Source of the DNA: Alloascoidea hylecoeti
Lineage: Eukaryota
Assembly: GCA_001600815.1 (NCBI GenBank)
Contig: BCKZ01000037.1
Location: 1 to 64,000 of the forward strand
Direction: 5' to 3'
DNA length: 64,000 bases
The first letter of the stretch is position 1; every line of letters starts with the position of its first letter. The notes beneath the pieces are model-generated. The model saw only the letters and a list, made by a program, of their open reading frames with translations, did no database searches and was not told the origin of the DNA. Of this stretch, positions 47,160 through 60,900 are shown one piece after another. The position numbers and the translations under genes are program-made.

Positions 47160-47258
47160 TTAAAGTTCAAAATCCCTGTTCTCCCAGTTGCCAAAAAGCC
47201 AATCGACTCTTTGGTGAATTGTTCTAAGAGTGTAATATATAGAATATCCAACATACAT
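47160..47258 (+). repeat. ~100-bp direct repeat, second copy at ~50626-50723
   Basis: Shared ttaaagttcaaa...gccaaaaagccaatcgactc...gttctaagagtgtaatatatagaatatccaacata. Confidence 0.85.
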
Positions 47259-48861
47259 ATTTTTCAACAGGTGTATAGAAATAGATGAGTCTTTTATGTG
47301 TGCTAGCAATGAATATACTAGTATAAGGTTTATAGCGACACTTCTCATAATGGATTACGTTGTAGATGTATGGGTATATTTGACGTTGATCTACTATACA
47401 AAAGAGTTTAGCTAAAAGTTATCCCATATATTATTATTCCTTTGAGATTCGATTACTGTTTTGAATCTGCTATCCCACTCGGTTTCGTCCCAGACATATA
47501 AATATTACTCTGCTTCCGCTTCTGACAAAGACTATTATATAATTCTTTTCGCATTAACTAGTAAACGGTATAATTTTCATTTGAAAGGTAAATAGGGAAA
47601 ATGGATAAAACATACAAGTTATCATTTCTGCTGAAAAATATAAGAATCGTGATAGTATATGGTTCTTCATTTTTGGTTAAGTTATTGATTGTTGTGTTTC
47701 CTTCTCAGAGTATTGTTTCTCTCGTTATACTTAGTAATGGGTCTGTCACATAGGTTACCAGTGTCTCGATACGATACAGTGGATAGAGTTAATTTAAATA
47801 TAGTTGACTTGAAAACACGTAGATTCATAAGGTTCATTAGATGAAAACAGGGAGTGAAGTTTATAACCTCCTTATTTTTTTTTCTTCTTGGTTTATTCAA
47901 AAATTTATAAAATTTATTGACAACCGCAAGTAGGTATTAAACAGCCGATTAAACAATTTCATCTTGACCGTACTCAATCTCCAGACCATAATCAACTTTG
48001 TTACCAATATAAAGAACTAAAATAATCTCCTCAGATTTTTCGCCAACAACTTCAGTCAGTTGAAAAGAGTCTCCAACTCATAAAATGAAACTTTATGGAG
48101 ATCAATTTTTCACCATAAACAATCTTGCAAATTTTAAAGTGATGATTCAATAACTGAATCATAGTATGGATTATCTAAAGAAGGTCACCCACCTATTAGA
48201 ATTAAAACGAAGAAATGCTAAATTTATACGACATAAATTAAGAAGCCAATCTTCCCAAACATATTGCATTACTTATCTTAAGAAATGAATTGTAATTGAT
48301 CCATAAATAAATATTGTTCAATAAGAACTCTCGATAATGAAACTTTTTTTTCAACCGAAGATTCTTATATATTTAAATTATCAGATTATAACCCAATTGA
48401 TGCACTCATAATGCCTAAAACGAAAGAAGGTGTCATATATTTGTTATTATAGATAATAAACTTGAAGATGCTGTATTAAGGAATATTGAAACTGGTCATA
48501 ATAAATCCAGGAATCTCGTTATAATGCAAAAAGCCTTACAGTAAACAACAGTTAGTGGTCTCACATAAAATATATTTCGATGGTACTTAATTATCTAATC
48601 AGAGTACTTCTAAAGTTTTTATAAATGACAATTAAGCATGTCTTATAAATCATTAATATTAAATAGATACAGCTATATATACATAGGACAAAGGAAAAAT
48701 TGTATGCAGTCTATTGAAAAACAAATAAATGGAATAAAAATAGAACAAGTTAAAAAAAATTCCATAACCGCAAATAAAAATGTCAAACTCATTGAATAAA
48801 ACATATAAATAGAAACTCTATCAAGAATTTTATTATAAGTACTGTACCAAATATAATTACA

Positions 48862-49674
48862 TTAGTTTTTTTTCTTGGAAACATTGGCTCTCCTTTTCCA
48901 GGCCCTTTTTTTACGCATATTCAACACAATATACCCTGCCTTGAACACATCTGATTTCATGAAATCGTTTTCTCCTTCTATTGAAATTGAATTGGGTGAT
49001 TTACTAGTGTGTTCAACTTTCTTCGGAGCTTTTCTCCGGGATTTGAGCCCTGTTTTTGAGATACCTTTCCTTCGAGGTGAATCATGAATAGATGTTTTAG
49101 AATTAAAAGTTTGAGAATTAAAAGATGGTCGAGAATTGAAAGTAGATTGATAATCAAATGATGTTGTGTAATTAGCGGATGGTTGACTAGTAGTGTATTC
49201 AACATTCTTTTGAGCTCTAACCAGTGATATGAGCTTAGCTTGGGAAAAGCCGCTTCTAGGTCGATCAATTAAAAGTTGAGTATGACGACCAAAAGATAGT
49301 TGACTAGTGGTGTGTTCAACATTATTTTGAACACTTCTCATAGATGTGTACCCCGTCTGGGAGATACTACACCTTGCAGTATCCCAAGTATCAGATTGTA
49401 AGATCTGGGTATCAAAAATGTTATCATCAATTTTTTGATTATTGTTACTGTTGGAGATATTAGTGTCTGTATTATCATCACCCAGTATTGGAGTGGAACA
49501 TGGGCGCTCTTTATATGAGCACTCATTATTGAAGGACATGGCATCAGTGAACCCAGAAGGAAGTTTTACTTGAGCCATATAATCCGGATCTCGAGGATTT
49601 ATAAAGTTGTTCTTGTGACAATCGTAAGAGAGAGCTGTAATTCCTGGTATTGGACTGCAATTATATTTATCCAT
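48862..49674 (-). CDS. Orphan hypothetical protein (270 aa), Ser/Thr/Asn-rich with a basic C-terminus
   Basis: Intact ATG ORF in an otherwise decayed region; internal repeats VEHTTSQ/VEYTTSQ/VEHTSKS; NLS-like tail RKKRAWKRR. Confidence 0.6.
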   Translation of the reverse strand: MDKYNCSPIPGITALSYDCHKNNFINPRDPDYMAQVKLPSGFTDAMSFNNECSYKERPCSTPILGDDNTDTNISNSNNNQKIDDNIFDTQILQSDTWDTARCSISQTGYTSMRSVQNNVEHTTSQLSFGRHTQLLIDRPRSGFSQAKLISLVRAQKNVEYTTSQPSANYTTSFDYQSTFNSRPSFNSQTFNSKTSIHDSPRRKGISKTGLKSRRKAPKKVEHTSKSPNSISIEGENDFMKSDVFKAGYIVLNMRKKRAWKRRANVSKKKN

Positions 49675-51484
49675 TGTGTATTTATATATTCTTTATATTT
49701 TGAAAATAGAAGTCACAATTTGCTTAAAATGAAAGACAAATGCGGTTTGGATACTAACGTGCAGATCTAATTGTTTATATTCGATGAAGATAGCTGCTGA
49801 AATTTGGATGGTTAAGCTAAAGAATACAAACGAAGAGTTATGGGATGAGCTTCCCTATTTATTAGTTTTCGTGAGTTCTATAGCCATAACATATATGAAG
49901 AATAAGAAACACAAAACCAAAAAAATTAAAAATTTTAATAAAACAATTGTATATCATATTTAGCAAAAAAGGGAGAATCTGGAAGTTATTCTTCCATAGA
50001 TATTAAAATCTTAGGTGTGTCACAAAGTGGAATATGTAAGTATGACAATATTTTCAACAATTCACCATCTTCATGATTTCAACTATCTTAATAATTGGAA
50101 ATCTTCCCCCATACTTTAATTTGAGACTAAAGGATGGTCCATTCACGATTTATAATATATTGAGTGTTCTTCATGGGTTTGAAGCACTAATGAAGGGCTC
50201 TGAATTGGGATGAAGCATAACGGTTGTTCAAAAACATAAAGCAAAAAACCTTCTTTTCGGCATTTGAAACATATATATTTGAATTATTCAACAAAAAGTT
50301 CTTTAAAATCAGATATTCTCATATACTCTAAACCTCTTGTATCTTCATCGTACACTACATCAATATCCATTTATAATTGATGTTATGCAATTTATATTTA
50401 CAAAACATTTCACCAAGATATAAGATTTATAAATTTTAATAGGGAAGTTAAAATAAAAATAAAGATATTGTTACTTCTCATTCTCTAGTTTACCTATTAA
50501 TATTTGTTTGCTTTCCTCTCATTATTATTATATTAACAGTAGTATTGTACCAGTATAAGCGTGCAACTATATTTGTTAACAACTTCTTTCTGTGTTCTAC
50601 CCTGCTTCAGCACACACATATAAAATTAAAGTTCAAAGTGCCTTTTCTCAGAGTTGCGCCAAAAAGCCAATCGACTCATTAGTGAACTGTTCTAAGAGTG
50701 TAATATATAGAATATCCAACATATAATATATAGCGTCTTTATTCATTATTTAACTTTACAATTTTACCTAACTACTAGTATTAATATACCCACTAGCCCT
50801 GGCTAGGGTTAGTGGTGCTATATATCCCTGTTACTTGTGACCACTATTCTACTTTACATACCTAAACAGCACCATCACCACAATTAATAAGGACAACCGG
50901 CTACCTGTAATTAGTATAAGAAATACAAAAATTAAAACATTATTTAAAATTTAGAAAGATAATCATTATCTATATAAAATATAAATATCTTTAGGAAAAT
51001 ACAAGAGAATATTGTACTACTTATTTTGTAGATATTAGAGGTGCTCACTAGGTGTAATACGTAAAAATTAGAGCATGTTCTTCCCAGATTTTGCTATTTC
51101 CAGCTATTTCATTAATGTTAAGAATTAGCATATAAATTAACCATCCTTCTCATTATAAATCGAACATTCTGAAACTGTTAACATATTGCATAATGGCCCA
51201 TTTAGTGATTACTTAGTGACTAGTACAAGTATTCTCAATCGCTTTAGTTGTGTTTTTACACACACACATACTGTTCATCTTTCTAAAATATTATACTAAA
51301 TGAGTATCATATTATCATTATTAAATTAATTTTTATTACATTTATATAATCATATTAATCTACTATGTTAGACTTTTGATTACAATACTTCTTACTTTGT
51401 TTTAGTCTAATTACTCTCTTTTTATGTGAAAGTACAGTTTTAATTGGTTTGCTATTGATTCCAAATATAATTTCAATAATAGAC

Positions 51485-52008
51485 TTATTCATGAAATTTT
51501 TTAAAACACACATTATTCTTATGTGAGGATAACTTGTTAGATGAACCAAAGCATTTGTTACATTTATGAAATCTGTAGTTCTTTTCTCCATTATGAGCAC
51601 GCCTAAAATGATTATCCAACGCTGCAGTCCCTTTGAATGTCTTGGTATATTGTTTGCACAGGTATTTCCCTTCCGCTGTAATCTCGGCGTAATTTGCTTC
51701 TGCTCCCTTTGGGTTCAATTTGACTGGAGTAATTTCCTTATTCTTCTGATTTTGATTTTGATTCTTATAGTGATTCTGATTATGATTCTGATTATGATTA
51801 CAATTATTATAATTGAATTTCGTTAAAAACTCATTTTTATCTTGGGAAAATTCAAATTGAGGTATTTTGTAATGATTATTGTTAAATAGTAAATTTGATT
51901 CAATTCCATAGGACTACGATTATTACAATCATGAAACTCAATATGTGGAGCTTCATCATGTTTATAACTAGTTAAAAATAGTGGTTCAGCAGCTCCAAAC
52001 GAGTGCAA
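51485..52008 (-). pseudogene. Degenerate C2H2 zinc-finger gene
   Basis: YLCKQYTKTFKGTAALDNHFRRAH-NGEKNY-RFHKCNKCFGSSNKLSSHKNNVC, one Cys lost in each finger; N/Q/H-rich linker in frame upstream; frameshift near 51910. Confidence 0.6.
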
Positions 52009-52574
52009 GAAAAGTTATTATCATTGTTCTAATTCAGTAAGCGATCTGCTTCATTCTGGTGCAAATCTAGGAAAGGAACTCCATTCTCTAAGTCGCAGAA
52101 AAAATCCCACTCCACAAACAGAAAACACAAAAAGTGTATATTGAAAAATCATTATCAGAATAAAGAGATTAAATAGATTTTAGTGATAGTATTAAATTTA
52201 ATTTATATTAGTTTTTGGAAAATGGTGGTTGAAAATATCAATTATGTTGTGTCCGGAATCCTAGTACCGTTCGGTATCTACAGACCTGACGGTATCTATT
52301 ATAATGATATTAATATTCCCCGCTTCTCATATCCTTTAAAACAGTAAAATCAAAAATACCTATTATTGTTGCAGTTATCATATTACCATTGGCCATAACA
52401 TTTAAATTTTATGAGATGAAGGACTTTGGAAATAGTGGGATCATCATTAAGTATAGTCTTAGTTAATTATAGATTTATAAGTAAGAGTTATAAATTTTCA
52501 ATAGTTGACTGTATCAGTTATTAGCTGGTTCCAATTCAGAATACTGCTCTTTTATATCTTATTCGTCCTGAATT

Positions 52575-53819
52575 TTAATAACTTCTTCTTCCTTCTCTTT
52601 TCAAATTATTTACTTAGTAAATGAAGAATTCTGTGCTTCTTGATCGAACTTTTTATTGAGGAACCGAATAGCTCTGCATCTGCGAATATAACTCCTCTCT
52701 TCAACTCCTTCGAAATGAACTTTTGGGTCTAAAGTAGTCTCTGAATTTGTTGACTCCCGAATTAAAACACACTCATTATCATCACTTTTGAATTTTAATA
52801 AAAACTGATCATAATTATGAATAATTATTAATGATTCATAAATTATGGATTTTGAATTATTAAAAATTGAAGAACCAGTCTGGATAAAATACTCTCCTCA
52901 CAGTTTTGGCTATGATAATTTGGATGTGTGAAAATACCTGGCTGGAAAATAGCAGATAAATTATAAGGATTCGTGAAGTTAATTTCCTTCTTTTCTTGAA
53001 ATAAGAAGAAAATAATAATAAGAGTAAGATGTTTTTATTGACATATGGTAACTAGGATTATAAGTATTGTTAAGCAACTAGAAAGCTCCTTTGATTCAAT
53101 ATTAAAACAGGATTTATAATAACTGTCTCCATGATTGGCTGATGGACCAGTCTCAGCACCTGCCATCGAGTGAAATTTAACATTATCCTTTTTCATCTCC
53201 TCGATAATGTGGGGAGATTTCATCATTGATTCAATAGGTTCATTATAAAACTCCAAAGGAATAACGGATTCTTCCAAACTACTCAAATATCTTTTCAGGA
53301 TGTTAGAAACATCATGAATATGTAATGATGATGGATCGTGAAGAGCATCGAACTGAATCTTTAAGTTTTACTGAAAATATCTGTGGTGCTTTATCTTTAT
53401 TTTTAAATTCGGACCCGTTCATATTTGAATCATGACCATTGGAATAACTATAACCGCTATGGAAAATAATTTTTTACTAACTATCCCATTAACAGCTCTC
53501 CTGAAAATTGAAAAAAGGCCATGAGGTTTTATATTAGAATTCTCTGGATTGTCTTCAGTTTCTACATATGTAGCATTATTTTTATTAATTCCAATAGCTA
53601 CAGGTGAGGTATTATCATGATCATTATCAGTTTGTGAAGTAATAACTGAATTATCGATAAATGAATATGATGAAAAATTTTCACAAATACTGATAATACT
53701 GGCATTTGAGACACAATCGTTTTCATTATTTTCGTAGTTGTAAGTGCGGAAGAACTAGTTGCGAAGTCTTGCGCAAGATTCTCCTCTGAATCGTATGTCA
53801 TTGAAGCTATAGTTGACAT
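52575..53819 (-). pseudogene. Pseudogene paralog of the RhoGAP at 40764-42320
   Basis: Colinear similarity (SLEESVIPLEFYNE...MKKDN..FHSMAG..GPSAN...FNIESKELSSC) with frameshifts and a ~200-bp deletion that removes the GIFR arginine finger. Confidence 0.88.
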
Positions 53820-55349
53820 AATGATAAAAGACAAAAATAAAAATATAGTAAAATCTAAGGCCAAATAAAGATGTAAAAGTAAAATTGAGAATGGAGGATA
53901 TAAATGAAAATATTTATCTTATTTTATGAAGACAGGATTTTCATCTTGAAGTTCTCTCATTGGAAGTTATGACAATTTTTATGCGCAAATTTCTTTTTTA
54001 GGATAGTGTGTCTATGAATTATGCACTACATCAGTAGTTTGTGGATTATGCATAAACGAGGAAGGCAATGTCATCAAACTTAAATCATTATATATTTATT
54101 AGAAGACCGTGAAACCAATCAATTGTATATAAAGCCATGGACACACAAATCTAAAATACAAGTGATGATTTTGGTTAGGTAAATTAATAGGAAGATGTTG
54201 GAGAGGATTTTTCTCCAACCACTCTGAATTTATGTTTTGAATTTATTGTCTTCAATCTTTTTCTTAACATATTCTCTGACCTTCCCAGTTTTCTTACAAA
54301 CAAAAAAGACGCCGTTGAGTTTTTGTGGCCAGTGGAGCCGTTCTTGACGTTTTCTATGGACAGCCAAACCCGGGAGAAAACACACAATAATTACGGGATA
54401 TACCATTTATATAAATTTCTGTAGGTATTATATTTAGCTAATTAGCACACTCTCAATAGAGATTTTGGATAGACCAAGCTTTGGTCTTTACAAGAGAAAT
54501 CTTTAATTTATAAACAAGTTATCATCCCAGCAAAGAAATATAAGAGTCGTAATCTGGAGACCTTTAGAGATTTTCTTCATTTTTGATTAAGTTATTGATT
54601 GGTATTGTGTTTTCCGTCTTTCAGACATTCTTGCTATAGCTTCCATTTTTATTTTGAGATTATATGTTTTTATAGAGAATTTAACCCTTTTATATGACAC
54701 ACAGTGTGTGTGTGAAAAGGCGAAATATTTGCTAGACGATCGAGGTAATAATCGAAAACGGAGTGCGAATATCACCCAAATGATGAACTATACTCTCTAC
54801 ATTAGTGACGTATATGTATATCTCATCATAAGGTTGGCACAATAACTCCACCATCCGGCGAATATCAATTCAAATATATTGCAAATTAGTGGTAAAACGT
54901 GTGTTAGTAATGAAGCAACTTGACGAACTAATTGTGAACAGATGGCGAATTAGATATCTAGCTTGCGGTTAAATATATTAAAGCAAAGTCGCTAAATATG
55001 GTGTCAGATGGATAACTATATAATAATTATAGATAGGCTGAATAAACATACAGTAGAGTTACTAATAGGATTCTACATAATAATGACTTAAGGAAAAAGC
55101 ATTTTATCTGTCTATGCCACAAACAACCCACAACCCAAACATCATGACAACATATTTGACCGAACATAAATATCCGAGATGGCCGACTTCGGACGGGCAA
55201 AGCTGATGGGAACCTAGACCTAAAAAAAAGATTTTCAATGAATATGTGGATACTTTTAACCTTGAATTGAGTTTTCCTAACATATTTTAGTGAGTCATAT
55301 AAAATTATCAAGTTAGATAATTAAGGAATTATAAGGCTTTCTACCCTAT

Positions 55350-56590
55350 ATTAGCAAGAATCGTAACCACTTATTGTTCAAGGATTTTCTAATAAATGAT
55401 AGCCAACTAAGAATAGTAGAATACTATCATTATTGTTTACCGTAATGTTACCGGCATATTAATTACTAGATATAACTTAAATATATCCTTGAGGTAGTAA
55501 AGAAGCTTAATTTTTTCTAATCTTTTTTAACGTATTTTATATGGATGTCGGTCACTGTCGGCACAAAAGATTCGGCAGGTTGAAGGAAGACACCGTTAAG
55601 GCTGTTTGTGTTAAAATTATGTAAAAATCTAGATTATTCATATTAAGTAATGCAAAATTAATTATGTTATGGGTATAGCGCTTAAAAACATCGTTGTGAT
55701 TGATAATATCAAATATCTGATACATGTAGTCATAATTAGATTATCTAGATCTGAACTCATATAAAGCCGGAATTTTCGTGTTCATTTTCAATTCATTATC
55801 TTTTCACTTGAATAGTTCAAACTATATCGATATCTCGTTTATTAATTATAAAGCGAATTGACGTACAATTTATCCTACAGTTATAATTACAATCATCACA
55901 ATGGTCAGCTCATTTGAATCAGATATTTTCTTAACTCTACCTTTTCGGAACTCGAAAATTAACACATCAGTGTTATTGTTTACAAAGATGAAACAAGACA
56001 ATTCCCATCTCCTTGTAATCACCCAAGTCAATGAAGAAAAAGCAAGCAAAATCCACAACAGTGCTATCATTCCCTTCATCTATATTCCCCGAAAGCTTAT
56101 TTATGAACGGAATATTCAGTAATAAAAGTGATAGACTTACACATCATACAAATTATGCTTCTCCTACTTTTCATCCACCTCAATTAAAGAATCAACACAG
56201 GATTGTTGTGAAATGTTAACTCAACATGATAATAAGAATGTGTTATCATTTAAGTTGGGAATCTGTACACTAAAGCATCGGCCAAAAAGAAAAGGAAAAA
56301 AGAAGCTTAGATATTAAAGCATGATTTTTTTATTGTTATACTATGATATTTGTCTTATTTTATTGTAGTCTAGTATATCGTTTACTAATTTAATAAAAGT
56401 CACTTATAAATATTCATCTTCAAGTTGAAGTTCTAGAGTTTGACTGGGTACTTGAGCTATCTACACGCGTATTAGTGCTAAAATATTTGCTGCGTCTGTT
56501 ATCAATCAATCATGATATATAATGAAAATCTAGTACTTCACGAAGATAACTGGGATCCTAAGCTTGATCATGTACTACGGGTACTGATGA
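55350..56590 (+). repeat. Diverged duplicate of ~12940-14320 (orphan gene with flanks plus AVL9 3' end)
   Basis: Colinear anchors atgatagcc.actaa, aaaaatctagat, ttatctagatctgaact, tagtatatcgttta.taatttaataaaagt; AVL9 tail copy at 56404-56590 lacks ~13995-14170. Confidence 0.88.
55901..56219 (+). pseudogene. Frameshifted paralog of orphan 13460-13789
   Basis: MVSSFESDI / KDETRQFPSPCNHPSQ / KKKQAK...HTNYASPT split by two frameshifts. Confidence 0.8.
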
Positions 56591-57905
56591 ATATAATTGG
56601 TGATGATTTGGCGGATGTGAAAAGAGGAAGAGCTACTGAGTTACAACTATTAGCGGTTTGTGGTGTGTCGGACAAATTTACCATCAATTCTCACTTTTTA
56701 TCATAGCGTTTGCGTTAAAGAGACATTAGACTATACTATGGAAGTTGATATTGGGTTTGAGAGATTGTAAGAGATTGTGCACCTTTACCTATGAAATACC
56801 AGAAAAAAATAGGTACCGTTATAGAGACCAGCCGAATAAATATATTTCAGAATGCAAATGAACATTAGTTTGATTGAGACTATTAATTAAATGATACCGT
56901 TTCAATTAAAGATATCGATAGAAAACTCGATTTATTACAAACAAATCTGTTAACTGATTCTTTAATTTAAACAAGATTCATTTCCCTTTAATGAAATAAA
57001 AATAGGCTATGAATTAAGTCCTAAGTGCTCATAAGTAAATCATCATTAATATTTTAGACGAAAAACTAAACGAGGTTATTCAACAATGTTTAACTCTAAT
57101 ACGCCATTCGGATTGTCACGAAGAAAGTTTAAAAGGTTTAAATGGGCAAAATCAGTTTTGTACAATATAGAAAATCCGGGTAACTTTCATACACACCTCA
57201 AATATAAATGCTCTTATCTATAGACCTGTAACCCATACTTGGAAAAGGAACTAAAATGAAGATTCAAGCAATCTCGCCTTACAATAGTGATAATACGACG
57301 GGCATCATTTCTATCAAACTATAAATAAAACGTTAGATATAATATCAGCTAGGTTTGATTTATAAATAATTCTTTTTCTCTGGTTAACTCTTTTTGAAGC
57401 CAATCTTTCCGAAGCCATTTGTGCTTTTTCTATTTTACATACTAAAGCAATAGATACCAACTCATGTTGTGCTTCAAGTTGCCATCAACATTCAATGTCA
57501 CTTGCTGATTAACCACGTGACAGTACTAAATAATTAATCGTAGCTGAGAAAACCTACAAATAAATCCATTTATATCACTAGCTACTAATTAATAGAGGAT
57601 GTTGTGACAGGAATAAAACAGGCCAGAGAAAGACGTTAATTAAGCGATTTGGGTGTCTATTCAAATATATAATGGAGTATTTACAACAACTAAAAAAAAA
57701 TCAAAACATATTAACAACTGATACTATACTTATTATTATTATTATAAATTTGTGGATAAGAAACAGGAAATAAGAAATAGACAAACTAAAGGACAAATTA
57801 TATATCAAATAAATAATTAAAATGACAAAAAAAAAAAGAGGGGAAAAAGGAGAAAACAATTAAATTTCCCTTGAACAGTGTACTTTTCATAATAAATTAA
57901 GTATG

Positions 57906-60900
57906 TTAATATTGTCGTAATTGACCCTTTGAACTATTATTGGCAATACTACCACTAGTACCAAGACTTCCACTGTTAATACTTGGACTCATAAGTTCTT
58001 CTCGTACCCATGAAAAATTCTTCTTAAACATTTCAACCATTGATTCATGAGCAGGTCTTAACGAAACTGGAATAACTTTAGCATGAATAGCTAATAATCT
58101 ATCAATTGTTTGCATTAAATCAACAAATGATTCACGTAAAGATATAACCTGTCTTGCCTTTTGTGGATCATCAAGTAATGTTTGATCATTAAGAAAAACT
58201 CTATATTGTTGAACACCACCATTAACTGGAGAATCAATTGTTCCTGTTAAATTACGACTTAATTCTGTAATTAATGAACCACCACCAAATGAACTATCAC
58301 TTGTTTTAAATACATTTTCTAGTGTTACCAATTCATTTGTTTTAGCAACAATTGAATCATTTGCATTTTCTAAAGGTGATTTCTTAATAACTTCTTCAGT
58401 TTCAATCTCACTTCTATTAACAATTGTTGGGAATGTATCAAATGTTTGATAAGTTGTTTCTTCAACCCAAAGATCAACAACACCTGTACTACCTGGTAAT
58501 GGTCTTGTAAAAGTAAATAAATTCATATGTTGTTGATTAACAAAATTTTGACCACCTCTTGTAGTATGTTTTAAAGTATAAACAGGTCCAAATATATCAA
58601 TTTTAGGATAAACTGTACTAACATAAAGAAACATACCATCAGCTTTTTCAGAATCATTTTCTTTATAATGTGAAATAATCTTTGCACCAGGATGTAATTT
58701 TAATAATCTATCATGAATCGAAGCTAATCGTTCAAAAGGTAAACCTTCAAAAATATATTGTTTATTTCTTAAAGATCTTGGGAAACCAGTACCAATATAT
58801 GCAACTCTAAAATAAGTTGGTGAAGGTATTTGAGCATTTTCAATAATTTCATATAAACCTGCTAAATCTTTTAATGTTGCAGATAATTTATTTAATTCAA
58901 AAGAAACCATTTCATAAGCTTTTGCCAATTCTTTATAAACTTCAATTGCTTTATGATACGCTTTACCACGAGTAAAATAATCACACATTAATTTTAATAA
59001 AGCTTCTTTTCTTTCAAAAGCTGTTTGTCTTGGAAATGGAGGTTTCTCCATTGGCTCTAAAATAATATCGAATGACCATTCATATCCTTTTGCTAACAAT
59101 CCAAGGGCAAGTGCAGCTTGTGAATAACCAGTATTTCTTGATAAATTTTCTTCAACTAATTCATGAATATATTCAGCAAATAAATCAAGTCTTTCACGTT
59201 CAGCAAAATAATAAAGTAATATCAATTTATGGAAAATAATATCATCACGGAAACGATTATCACCTTGAGGTACACTATAAATATCATGTAATTCATCTAA
59301 AAATCCATTTAAAGCATCAATAAAATCTCTAAAAGCCGTATAAGCAGGAGTCATTGAATTCATTCTTACTGTATTTTTTAATTTCATAATAAAACGATCT
59401 TTATCATATTGATCAGGTAAAACAGTCAATTTACCATATAATTTCATTAATGCTAATAAGCAATCTCTTTCAATTTCAGCTAATGATTCAGTTAATGTCC
59501 ATTCAGAAACCATAATTGACCATAAAATATTAACACCACATTGTTGAATTTTATTTTGTCTTTGAATACATAAAGATAATACTTTACCAAGTATACTTTT
59601 ATCACCAGAAACAAATTCAACTTGATAACCACCAAATCTATCAATTTCAAAATGTTGTCTATCTTCTTCTAAAGAATCCCAACTTAGAGCATTCCAAGCT
59701 TCAGATAATAAATCTGAAATTCTTGATCTTAAATCACCATTTGTTAATCTCCAAACAGCTTTTCTACTTAATTCATCTAATAATTCAATTTCAATATATG
59801 GAGAAGAACCACAAATTAAAATATTATTTAGATAATTATACCATAATTGGGTTTCAAACATTCCTTCATCATCAGAATCAGGTATATGATTTTTAATCAT
59901 AACAGGTAATAATAATTCTAAGCTTGTTACAACAGATTCAATAATTGAAGAATATAAACTAACCCATCTTTTTGGAAAAGAATTTGATTTTAATAATATA
60001 AAACCAGATTTTATAATTTGTTTAATTTGTTGTTTATTAAATTTTAAAACATTAACATTTGAGAATTTTGTTAATCTAACAGATGCAATAAAACAAGTTG
60101 CTAATTCAACCATTACTTCACTAAATGATTCTTCATTAACTGCAGAATCCAAAGGATATGAAGTAATTGGATATTCACTTGGGAATAAATCAGTATAAGT
60201 TCTTCTTTTAACAAAATAATATAAATGACCAGCTCTTTCAATTGATAATTTTTTATCAACTTCATTAATTAATTGACAAGTAAATTGAAACCAAGGTAAT
60301 GTTTCATTAATTAATTCTAATAATGAAGAAGAAGGAATTGATGTAGTAGTTGTATTATTATCAGATGAAGATGAAGAAGATTCTTTTAAAATTTGAAAGA
60401 TTTGATTTGCAATTGATGCAAAAATTGAATTTGATAATCTTAATTCTTCAACTTCACCAGTTAATTGCATTTCATTTTGAATATAACCTTTTTTATCCAT
60501 AACTCTATTAACAACTTGTTTACACCATTCTGAAGAATATCTTGTTAATTTTATACGACATTTTTTATCTTTGAATAACCAACAACCAACTAATTTTTGA
60601 ATTAATAATAATCTACTTATAATTAATTTTTTTTTTTTAAAAATTGAATCAAAATTAGCATTCATACTTTGAACTAATTTAATAACTAAATTTAAAATTT
60701 GTTCATTATTTAAAATTAATTTTAAATGTTTAAACCAATCAAATAATGTATCAATTAAATTAATTTGATCGCCAGTCATTTCAGAAGTATTAATATTTGG
60801 ATTACCATTACCGTTACCACCTGGTACTAATAAATCATCATCATTTGTTGAATCATTAATTTTTGTTTGAAAAAAAAATTCTAATTTTTCAGTTAAATTT

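Noticed and set aside
43600..55570. Several CACAAAA (Ndt80/MSE-like) words near orphan genes
   Set aside because: The count is about what chance gives in AT-rich DNA of this length
56700..57520. Broken coding-like stretches (also 1-260, 5200-5620, 40100-40530, 50050-50430)
   Set aside because: Possible pseudogene debris, but no family could be recognised without a search
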